Below are positions 53,841 to 64,000 of a DNA stretch of 64,000 bases, piece after piece. The position numbers and the translations under genes are program-made. Positions within the stretch are counted from its first letter, which is position 1. Every line of letters starts with the position of its first letter. The DNA comes from Camelus ferus (taxonomy: Eukaryota), in contig NC_045696.1 of NCBI RefSeq assembly GCF_009834535.1, positions 31,498,001-31,562,000 on the forward strand. The letters are read 5' to 3'. The notes below the pieces were generated by a model that worked only from the letters and a program-made list of their open reading frames with translations, did no database searches and was not told the DNA's origin.

Positions 53841-55859
53841 CAACCATTTTTGGTCCCTGCTTCTAGTCATTTCTTCCCTCTTTGAAATATTTTTCCTTTG
53901 CTTCTATTCCATCTACTCCATAGCTTTTTCTAAATAATTTATCTCACTTTAAACTTTACTCACAGCCTATTGTCTAATTTAGTTTTTCAATCTGTCTATT
54001 CAGTACTTAATTATTACATGTTTCTCTCATTGTTTCCTAAAAAGTGAGACTTAAGCCAAGTTTGGAATAAACATTTTCACACTATGCCCTCCAGTGACCT
54101 AGCAAGCCAGCTGAATGGTATCCTTACCTCAGATATCTACCATTGGCCCAGTTATTTCCAGTTGGGCTATAGGAATGGAGAATTTACATGCAAATTTGGC
54201 TTCTAGTGCTATGCATCAGTAGGAACTACAGACAGACACAATTTTAAGGTAAGGGATTGAATTATGACTGGTCTGGTGATTATCCCGTATGTACTTTCTG
54301 AAATTAGGAGCTTAAAACTCTTGTTCTCTTACTGAACAAAATAAAAAGACAAATACTACCCGCATTGACTTTTTCTTACAAGAAGTTATGGAGGTTTGAA
54401 AATAAATTTGCCAGCACTTAAGCCATTTGCTGAGATTTATCAAAGCAGAGCCTTGGCCTTTACTGCTGCTTTCTCTCCATGAGAAGGAGTTAAAGACAGG
54501 TTGCTGCAAGGATGGGCTTCTCTGACTGATGGAGAAAAGGAGCATTGGGAATAGTGATTGTTAGCAAAAACAAAGCAATGTATCTACAACTACAACTGAA
54601 AAGTAGACCTGAAAACTCGACTGAAAATTCACCTTTGTAAGATTTCAGTTATCATAAAACAGAAAAGGATAGTTGAGAAAAAGGAATCTGTATCAGAGTT
54701 AAGACACCATGAGAGAAAACATGTATTCTTTATATTTAAAAAATAATTAAACAGATTATATAAACTAATCTGTTTATATTAGCTTAGTTTTTTATGTAAG
54801 ATTAGTGAGCTACATAGAACAATCATAGAAGTAATTAGAATCCTGCAGCCCATGCAACTAGACAAGCAATCAGAGAGAAGCACCCAGTCTGGTGGCACAG
54901 GGCTCAAGTGAGTGCCAGAGGGGTGTGCATCACAAACACTAGGGCTGTGGATGAAAGCCTGCATTCAGGACTGTGGCACCTCCTATCCTCATCCTCCCTG
55001 GTTTCCAGAACGCAAGCTGCCTGGCATATTCCTGCTGAGCAGAATATGGGAGAATCCTCTGCAAAAGCCAACTTGCTAAAAGAAACTATAAGATGATATA
55101 TATTTTGACATTTGTAGGGCAAGGTAAATCTACTTCCATGACTCAGGCAGGGAAGAATAAGGAAAGGTAGCAAGAGAAAGATTTGAATCTTTAAAGTGAA
55201 AGGGAAGCAACATAAAAATTAAAGATACATTATAAGATTACACGTGAGCAAAGAGAAAAAAGCTTTGGTGTTAATAACAATGTCCCAGTACTGTACAGAG
55301 AAACAGAGCAAATGGCAAATCAGAAGCAAGCTTCCTAGTTTTCCATAGACATTTTCTTTGAAAAGGTTTTTGTAAACAAGATTCTAGGACAATTCTAAAT
55401 CATATTGAAGTTTTAAAATAATAGAAAATATTGTGAAAAGCCTATGTAGAGATTAAGATATTAGTTTCTATAACTAAAAATAATAATTAATAAAAGCTTA
55501 TTTGGCATCCTGTACTATATTAATACTCTATTATGCACTGCGTGTTGATACGCTGCTCTCCCATCCATGTTTCCTATTGATTTGCTCTAATAAAGAAATC
55601 ACATATTTTCAGAGCAGCTACATTGAGTCTACTGCATTTAAACATGAACTTTTTGTTTGTTTGTTTTTTCTGTCTATAAAATGAAAACTGTTTTTGTTAA
55701 TGTTGGAGGCCACAACAGGGTGAAAAGGACGGAAAGAGAGGAGGATGAGGAAGAAATCTAAATTGCAAATATTTACCTGTAAGTGATGATGTGTATCATT
55801 AATTTATTATTACATGTAATACTAATGATTTCATGTATATTTAAAAATACATATACAAG

Positions 55860-56400
55860 CTGAGCTGAAGATAGTCCTTGGTCTGGATTCAGACTATCTG
55901 GTTTCAAATTCTGACTCTGTTACATACTAGCATGAGCTAGCTATTTGTCCTGCCTGCACCTCATAGTGTCTTTATGAGACTGTATGTGCCCCTGAAAAGT
56001 CATATGTTGAAATCTAATTTCCAATATGATAGTATTGGAGGTGGAGCCTTATGGAGGTGATTAAATCATGAAAGTAGAGCCCTTCAAAGTGGGATTAATG
56101 CCCTTATAAAAGAGACCCCCAGAGAGCTCCCTGTCCCATCTGCAATCTGAGGACAGAGGTAGAAGAAGGCCATCTACGAAACAAACTTTCACCAAGATCT
56201 GCCAGGGTCTTTACCTTGGAATTCCCAGGCTCCAGAACTGTAAGAAATACATTTCTGTTCTTTATACACCACCCAGTCTATAGCATTTTGTTAGAGCAGC
56301 TCAAAAGAACTAAGACATGAGAATTAAATGAATCATATTTACAAAGCTCTGAGAACAATGTTGAGCCCATAGTAAGACTATGTGTATGTCAGAGAAATAA
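55860..56400 (+). mobile_element. MIR split by MLT1A
   Basis: 'ctggattcagactatctggtttcaaattctgactctg' upstream and 'tgagaattaaatga...agaacaatg' downstream of the LTR. Confidence 0.65.
55970..56317 (+). mobile_element. MaLR solo LTR (MLT1A0-like)
   Basis: 'catatgttgaaatctaa...gggattaatgcccttataaaagagacccc...ctccagaactgtaagaaatacatttctgtt...actaagaca'. Confidence 0.9.
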
Positions 56401-58211
56401 ATATTTTAAAATTAATTAATAAACATTTGAAAATTAACTATTAGACGAAAATTTGAAAAGAAAATATAAACTGAAATTGAAAAATATTTTCACACTTAAT
56501 ATTAAATACTATGTGTGTATGCAATTTTTCTTCTATATATAAAATATACAAACATTTCTGACAATATTAACAGATAATAGCAGTTAAACAGCTCAAAGAA
56601 TTTTGCTGATCTTTATAGTTGTAATTGTTTAAAATCAATTACTCTGTACTAAAATGCATACTGTATAAAGGGAAGTTAATTTTTATATGTTCTTAATATT
56701 TGTTATCTTTTATAGGATATTTCACGTACTTTGAAGTATGAGGTTACTCTATAACATATAGGTCTTAAAAGTCACATTTTGTGTTTTTAGTTAAAGAGTA
56801 CATAATATAATCACACAATAAAACTTGTAAGCTTTAACTGTCATTTGCGATATTTATAATTGACTGGAATTTAATGTGGATCATTACTTTCTCTAAAACT
56901 TGCACATTAGCTAAAAGTCATTATAATATTCCAAATTGCTTTTCATACTTATCTTGTTTGTATTTAAACAATTTTTAAATTACATCTTTTTGTGCAATTA
57001 GAGTATCCACATACATTTTAATCATTCAAATCATGCATAAAATTTCTTTGAATATATAGACTTGTAATGATCTATGAACTTCATATTCCAACATTCTACT
57101 TTATATATTTCTCATATTATCTATGACAAAGAATCATTTAAGAATAAAAATGCCTTTAGTCTGTATCCATAGATTAAAAGCACTTATAAGAAAAAAATAC
57201 AAAAAATATGTATTAGTGAAATCACCACCTATCTGAACACTTTTTAGATATCCATAAAAGGTGTTTATTTGGTGTAATAATAATAAACACTTATATTAGT
57301 ACAAAACTTCCAGAAATATTTTAAAATAAAGGTCAAGAAAGGCTATTTCACATTGTTTTTAATTCCATTTATATGCAAACCTCTTGAAATCTTAAGGATA
57401 ATAAAATTTACAGTTAAATTTATATGTTTACCTCTGAAAAACAACTGAACATATTTTTCTAGTTAAAGTATAACTAAAAGTATAACTATAACTAAAGTAT
57501 AACTGTAGTTAAAGTATAACTTTACTTAATCAAATAAAAGGAAGAATATTTGTATTTGAATAAATAAAGTTTAGAATATGTTCACACAGTTTTTAAAAAT
57601 CATCCCACCATTTTTTCCATCCTCTCTTTTCCTTCTCTTCCTCTTCTTTTTCATTTAGTTATTCATGTTAACAAGAAATTATAGGACCTAATATGTATCT
57701 AAAATCTAACTATACCACTCAATATTAGAGTCACCAAAATCATCTTAGTCCTTCAAATCACATTATCTGTAACTATGCCATCATTGCCTGGAATGCCAAG
57801 GCAATACTGCCTCTTTTTTCAAGCCCAGGTTTACATCACTCTCTCTGTGGCTTGCCTTACAACTCCAGGGATTTAGTTTTTCTATCCTTAGTGTTACCAG
57901 AACACTTGATTCAAACCTCTATTATATGGTGTTGTATATTTCTGCCAATTACTAAATTGTGAGCTCTTAACAGAGGATAGACACATAAATTATTTACATT
58001 TATATTCAGAGCAGTTATCATAGTTCCTGTCACATAACTTGGTAATTTTAGATAAATAAACACACTAAACATGACAATTTAATATCAGTGCCAGTTTTTT
58101 ACATTGATATAAATAATGTTTATGAGAAAACCTAAGTATTTGAATAATAGTATCTAATTAGTTTTTAACAAAGATATATTAACTGTATTATAATAGTAAA
58201 TTTTTAAAAAA

Positions 58212-58517
58212 GACAAACGTATTTACAAGACAGAAACAGATTTATGAACATAGAAAACAAACTTATGGTTACCGGGGGAAGGGATAAATTGAGAGTTTGA
58301 GATTTTCAGATTCTGACTACTATGCATAAAATAGATAAACAACAAGTTCATACTGTACATACAGCACAAGGAACTATATTCAATATCTTGTAGTTACCTA
58401 TGGTGAAAAAGAAGATGAAAATTAATATGTCTATGTCATATATGACTGAAGCATTATGCTGTACACCAGAAACTGCCACAACATTGTATACTGACTATAC
58501 TTCAATTACAAAAAAAT
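58212..58517 (+). mobile_element. Camelid-type L1 3'UTR end
   Basis: 'catagaaaacaaacttatggttacc...gactgaagcattatgctgtacaccagaaa...gactatacttcaatt' followed by an A tract. Confidence 0.85.
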
Positions 58518-59069
58518 CCTATATGGTCCCAAAGCTTCATAAAGGAATTCTACACAAAAACTGGCTTACTGGCTTACTGGCTTAAAGATAAGAAAGCTTC
58601 TTTTTTAGAGAAAAGCCAAAATATACTTTGACATATTCTATTTTAGAAGATACTATACAAAAACAAACAAATATAAGCCCCAACAACTTATAATACTCTT
58701 GAAATATTTACTTTCTTATCAACGAGTAAAAATCAATGACAAGAGAGATCACTATAGTATACTTTTTGCCAGTAACATTCACCAATAAAAGTATCATAAA
58801 AATGCAAACTATCAAAGATAACATTTTTAATTTCCTGCATAAAGTGTCCACACATGGTTTCTTCCATAAATTATTTTTCACCTCTAGGCTAAAATGATAA
58901 TGGAATGTTGTATTATGAAATACAAAATTATTGAGATACCTGGAAACATTTGCTTCAGGAAGGTTTTTGTTAAGCAACTTATAAATCCTAAATAAAAGAT
59001 GACTTCACTAGATTCATCAGCCTCATTTGAGGGTCACCATGATCTAAGCAGAAAGTAAGCTGTAATATT

Positions 59070-59855
59070 AAGGAAGATTTCTGACTCCATCATTTACTAG
59101 GTGGGTAACCTTAGGCAATATGTTCAATCTTTCATCTCATTTAAACTTTTGTTATCTATAAAATGAAACTACTAACACTTACAGTGTCTTTATATGGAGA
59201 AAATGAGATAGAAAGAAACTGTTAGAGCAGGCAGATAGCCAGATATAAGCAGAGAAAGAGGGGCACGGGTCAAATGGCAGGAAACCATACATCTTGTGAA
59301 CAATGAAGGTCCTTGGGCAGACAGAGAAAAGCAGGGCCCTCCAGACAGATAAGAAATCCCACATATTGGGGTGACAAGTGTCCTGGAGGCAGACAGGGAG
59401 AGGTGGGAAAAGGCAGTAAATTCTAGCATCCAAATGTAACCTTTTGCTCATTATGCCCTCATTACAATAAAATTAGCCTTGCAGATTAGAAGTACCCATT
59501 ATGCACTGATGCCATGACACTTCCAATCAAGACTAAAAATAAGGACAAAAATCCCTCCTTCCCTTGGGAAGGTAGAGCAGGAATGGAAAGTCAAGGAATA
59601 TGACCCCAAACCTATCTATCTTCAATGAATATTCTGACCACTCATTTTTATACTCTCCAAATCAGCTTTCCAGATAAACTCAGGGCAGCTGCTCACCTGA
59701 GCCTGCCCACTCTCCCCTTGAGAGTGTCCTATCACTTAATAAATCCTCACTTTACTTTCTTAACCTCTGTGTTCTTTCTGTGATGAGACAAGAACCTACT
59801 CTGCTAACAAAACGAGCATAAAATTCTCCCTGGCACAAGGCTGATTTCAATAAAC
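59070..59855 (+). mobile_element. MIR interrupted by LTR
   Basis: MIR core 'catttactaggtgggtaaccttaggcaa...ctataaaatga' upstream; 'cctggcaca...tcaataaa' downstream. Confidence 0.6.
59220..59809 (+). mobile_element. ERV1-type solo LTR, family A
   Basis: TGTTAG...CTAACA termini, perfect 4-bp TSD AAAC (59216-59219 and 59810-59813), AATAAA at ~59738. Confidence 0.9.
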
Positions 59856-61524
59856 AAAATTTAAATTAAAAATGTTGTGTTCAAATTATATTTTAAGATA
59901 ATTTATAATCTCCTCTATTGCATAATTGTTCAATTTAAAAGAACGTACTTATAAGGGTTTATATTTGCTAAGAAATCCTTAAGGATTTGGGCAATGTCTT
60001 CATTGAGGGAGTCTCAAATTATTATTATTTGCTTTATCATCATCATGTACACCCCCAAATATTTTTATGATCTATATTTATTTTAAAAACTATCTATCTA
60101 AAATTCTTTAATGTCACCTTTGAAATCCACAAGTTTGTTGAAATCAGTACACAGTTTCTCAGAGATGCTATCAAGCATATATTGCAATAGTTTGGGGCTA
60201 GAAGATTTCTCTAAAATAGCTGTTTTGGCCATCTCCTCTTGGGTCTCTGTCAAAATTTTGAAAGTCTGAAATCATAGCCTTTACTCAAGCCTTAAATTTG
60301 TTTTTAAGGAATTTTCTTGATTTCAGACCTTACAAAAGTTTGTTTTATATTACTTTAAACAAGGGACAAATAAAGTTTATCTTTTATAATCCAAGAAAAT
60401 ACGTTTTGTTATGCAAATAGTACAAGCATTGTTGAAAATATGTAATAAAATACATTAAGTGGCATTTATTTTTATACCAAGAGAGCAAAATACAAATTAT
60501 AATCATTTATTCATTAGTAAACATCTGATAGAATCATCTATTGGTCATCTACTTTTCTAAACTTTCAACCATTTCTCCTTTTTTTTTTTTTTTGCCAGTA
60601 GTTAGTTACTCTTTCTTTTCAATCCCTGCCTTCCTAAACTGGGTGGTTCCAAAGTCCAGGTTAATGTCGCATCCAACACCATGATTTCTTGATTGCCAAT
60701 CCTTCTTGCCCTCTTCATTGCTAATAAACTTCTCCAATTCATGTCTGGCAAGAATCATCAGGTTTACAGTCTGAGGTTTTGTAACTATGTCATCTCCAAA
60801 ATGTCTAACTCAAGTATCCCCTCTCCTACCACAATCTTCTCTAAAAAAATATGTCTATTGGCTCTAAGAGAAGAAAGTCAATATCACTTCAGTTTTTCTT
60901 CAAGAGCCTGGTATTCTGGTCTATAATATATAAACTAAGTTTTGTTTTTTATGAGATTTTAATTTTTCATTTATTAAAAAATCCAAGCCTGACAGTACAC
61001 ATGCAAACTTTGCACCTAAATAAATAAATCAGTTAACAAGATACTCTTAACTACAAGCACAAATTTTCAGAAAAAATAAAAGTAAAATATGCATATCAAA
61101 GTTGTAAAAATGGCCTCATGTCAGTAATTGATTAATCTTATGATTATATCTCTTTGAATTTAAGAAACTTTTTATTCTATAAGCCATGGCATTAACTTTT
61201 TAAATTATCCATCATAAAACTTTAAATAATAAAAAATGTATAACCATATGGCAAAATTTAATTTTATCATTTGAATATATGATATTTTCTCTCTGTTACA
61301 TTTTCATGTATACTAAATATGCATTCTTTTATGCTATGGTGTATCTCATTCAGGAGAATTTGCTTGACAAAAGTGAATTTATCTGCATTAGGAAAAATCA
61401 AAGCTTCTTTTATAATGATTGAATGTATTAATATATGTTTTTCACAATCTGACAATTACCAAAGGCATTGTCTATGTGGACAGCCCTTCGATAAAAATTG
61501 TTCAAGTGATAATCCATGTGATTC

Positions 61525-62184
61525 TGTTGCCGATAGATGCAACCGGTGTTCCAGGTTCTTGTCCCGTCCCAGAAAGAATTCAGAGACAAGACTTAGAGGT
61601 TAAAAAAAGGTAAAGTGAGAATTTATTAAAGGATGGATAGTACACTCTCAGGGGAGAGCAGGGCAGGCTCAGGTAAGTGGCTGCCCTGAGTTTCTTTGGC
61701 AAGTTAGTTACATAGGGTGTAAAAATGAATGGGCAGAGTATTCACTGGGGAGGGAAGGGTTTGGGGTCGTATTCCCTGATTATCATCACAACTCCACCTT
61801 CCCAAAGGGAGGAGGGATTTTTGTCCTTATTTAGTCTGGATCGAAAGTGTCATCGCGTTGGTGCATGATGGGTACTTCTGATCTGCAAGGCTAATTTTAT
61901 TGAAATGAGGGCATAATGAGCAAAAGGTTACATACGGACACTGGAAATTCCTGACTTTTCTCACCTTTCTTTGTTCTTCTCCAGGCCACTTATCATCCCA
62001 AAAGGCATGATCCCTTATCAGCCCCAAGGTTCCTGCTTTTCTTTCTCTGCCCAAGGATCACTACTGCTTACATGATGTGTGGTTTCCTGCATTTGGCCTG
62101 TGCCCCTCCTTTCTGCCCAGTTTCTGCCATTTGGTCTGTGTCCCCCTTTCTCTGCTCATATCTAGCTATCTACCTGCTCTAACA
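61525..62184 (-). mobile_element. ERV1-type solo LTR, family A, antisense
   Basis: Right end 'cctgctctaaca' is the reverse complement of the start at 59220; perfect TSD ATTC (61521-61524 and 62185-62188). Confidence 0.92.
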
Positions 62185-63006
62185 ATTCCATTTTTAAACC
62201 TGAGTGATAGTCTCTTATAAACTGACCATACCATATCTGTGTAAGCAATTCCATTTGAAATAATTTATAGAATAGGTTCCCTTGTTTGGATTTTATGTAA
62301 AATTTGATCTCATATTTGGAACTTGAAAATTTTCTTTATTTTAGCTTCATTAAAAAAAAAATCAATTGATGTTTGCCTTTGCACAACTACCAAACTAGAA
62401 ACTCTTAACTTATCTCCCAGAACTGTACTACAATATCTTGTGTGTTTTAATTTGTTTGCTTATTTGCTGTTTATTTTTTTAGGTTATATTTTTCAACAAA
62501 GAAATGAATGCAGTTGCTAAAACTAAATATTAAAATACCTTTAGTGAAATGTGTTGACCACAATTCCACTCTTCCTCAACTCTGTAGAAAAGTATTTTTA
62601 CCTGTTTCTGCTGAAGCATCTTTGAAGGTTATATCCATATTTCTGAATTATGTTCATATCACCCACTATTTTTAATGTATTAGCTATAGCCATTATCTAT
62701 TGATCTTCTCTATACAGAAGGTGGGAATCTGTACTTCATCCTCCTCTGCTCCTCATTCCATGTTTTAACTTATTAATTCTTTTCTTATACACAAATATAC
62801 TTCCTCAAAAGTTAATTTTGATTCACAACAGTTTATCTGTAATGTAATCATTTATTAGAATGTAAAGTCACTGACAGATTTGTTAACACTATGCTAGGTG
62901 TCATCACATTAAAATTTAAAAGGTTTCAACTTCGGCTTCTGAGAGCTACCAATCTATACCACACACTTTCATGGTGAGAGCAGTAAAAACCAGTTTATAT
63001 TGCATA

Positions 63007-64000
63007 TGTGGAGGAGAAAAACTTGTTGTGGAGCCAGCTGGCACTCTCTAGAGTCATAAAACCCCCACCCCTGGGTTCTGCCTGGAGCCTGTTGACACCT
63101 TAACCCCCACTCCCCACTGCAGGACCCTTCGCATACCTGCATTTCTGCAAGATATAAAACATCTTCTTTTGATGTGTGTTTACCCTAACAAAAGTCATTG
63201 CCTCAGGAGATAGCCTGTCTCACAATACCCCACTTGGACAGGCCTCACATTCTGCCCTTATCAGAGTTGTAAAACCTATTGTTCAGAGAGGTCCCTGACA
63301 GATCTTACAAGCAATCAGGGACCCATGCAGGAATTACTCATGCAGCCTCCTACTCCTCGTGTGCACAGGCCCCTCCCCACAACAAAAGACCCTGCACACC
63401 CACCCACCGGGCTCACACAGGCACCTCTGACCCTTCTCGCCCGTGTGGCCCGCTGTTGTCTGTAGCAGCGTCCTGGTGTTTGCGCTTGCACCGCTCATCT
63501 GTGTGGCCCGCTGTTGCCTATAGCAGTGTACCTATTAAACTTTCCTAACTTTTCCTAGTCTCTGGTAATTCTTTACCAACCCACGTCACCGTCACCATGG
63601 GTGACCACAACACTTGTCACCCCAAAATGTTTGTTTGGCGTGCAGGTTATTTCAAACTGAAAATAACCAAGACCCAAAAAACTCAGGAAGAAACTTTGAC
63701 TTCTTTCTTAACTGTCTAAAGAACGTAGATAGAGGACCTATTCCAGGAAGGGAGCTATCACTATAGATACCTTAAGTATAGACTAGCTGTGGCAGATAGG
63801 GAGCAAAGTCTGTTAAAATTCCTCTCTTGGTCCAATTGTCCCTGCAAGGCCCAACAAACATTTGTTTACCAAACGTTTGTTTTTCTATCTCCATGTTAAT
63901 TGCCCTTCTCCTCTTTGAAGTCTCAAACAATTACCCTCAACATCCTCTATTGTCTAGCTGAGGATGGTATGTAAAGTGAGGGTTTCAGCCATTTTATGGA
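63007..64000 (+). mobile_element. MER34/MER39-like LTR, split by the family-B LTR, running off the window
   Basis: Rejoined flanks read tgtggaggagaaaaacttgtcaccccaaaatgtttgtttggc...ttatttcaaactg, a MER34-group-type start. Confidence 0.7.
63024..63612 (+). mobile_element. ERV1-type solo LTR, family B, CpG-rich (young)
   Basis: 8-bp terminal inverted repeats TGTTGTGG/CCACAACA, ATTAAA at ~63534, direct repeat acttgt across both junctions. Confidence 0.88.

Noticed and set aside
57460..57521. CRISPR-like array
   Set aside because: Short irregular units with no unique spacers, in mammalian context.
59220..62184. Provirus or composite transposon bounded by two LTRs
   Set aside because: LTRs are inverted with separate TSDs; the spacer has no PBS, gag or pol.
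453..63548. Remaining 60-100 aa ORFs in the track
   Set aside because: Short, often non-ATG starts, compositionally biased or inside repeats; no recognisable domains or consistent exon chain.

Overview
AT-rich, CpG-depleted mammalian genomic DNA. It is most likely camelid (alpaca/llama/camel), judged from a tRNA-derived vic-1-type SINE at ~1.6 kb and a camelid-type L1 3' end at ~58.2 kb. I found no host protein-coding exon, rRNA, true tRNA or CRISPR array. The only ORFs with recognisable products are decayed LINE-1 ORF2 fragments, so the window looks like gene desert or deep intron. It is built from layered retroelements: old L2/MIR/L1M/CR1, MaLR (including an LTR-internal-LTR MLT1 copy), hAT MITEs and younger L1s. 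ERV1-type solo LTRs cluster in the last ~15 kb, where two families each occur twice in opposite orientation. The most interesting observations are a ~450 bp polyadenylated unique-sequence insertion at ~20.2-20.7 kb (orphan transduction or 3'UTR retrocopy), two twin-primed inverted L1s, closely spaced inverted L1 and LTR pairs, a CpG-retaining ancient MIR/L2 segment, and several templated micro-duplications. I see no convincing evidence of a novel biological system. Repeat subfamily names are from remembered consensus similarity and need RepeatMasker/Dfam confirmation; boundaries are approximate unless TSDs are given.
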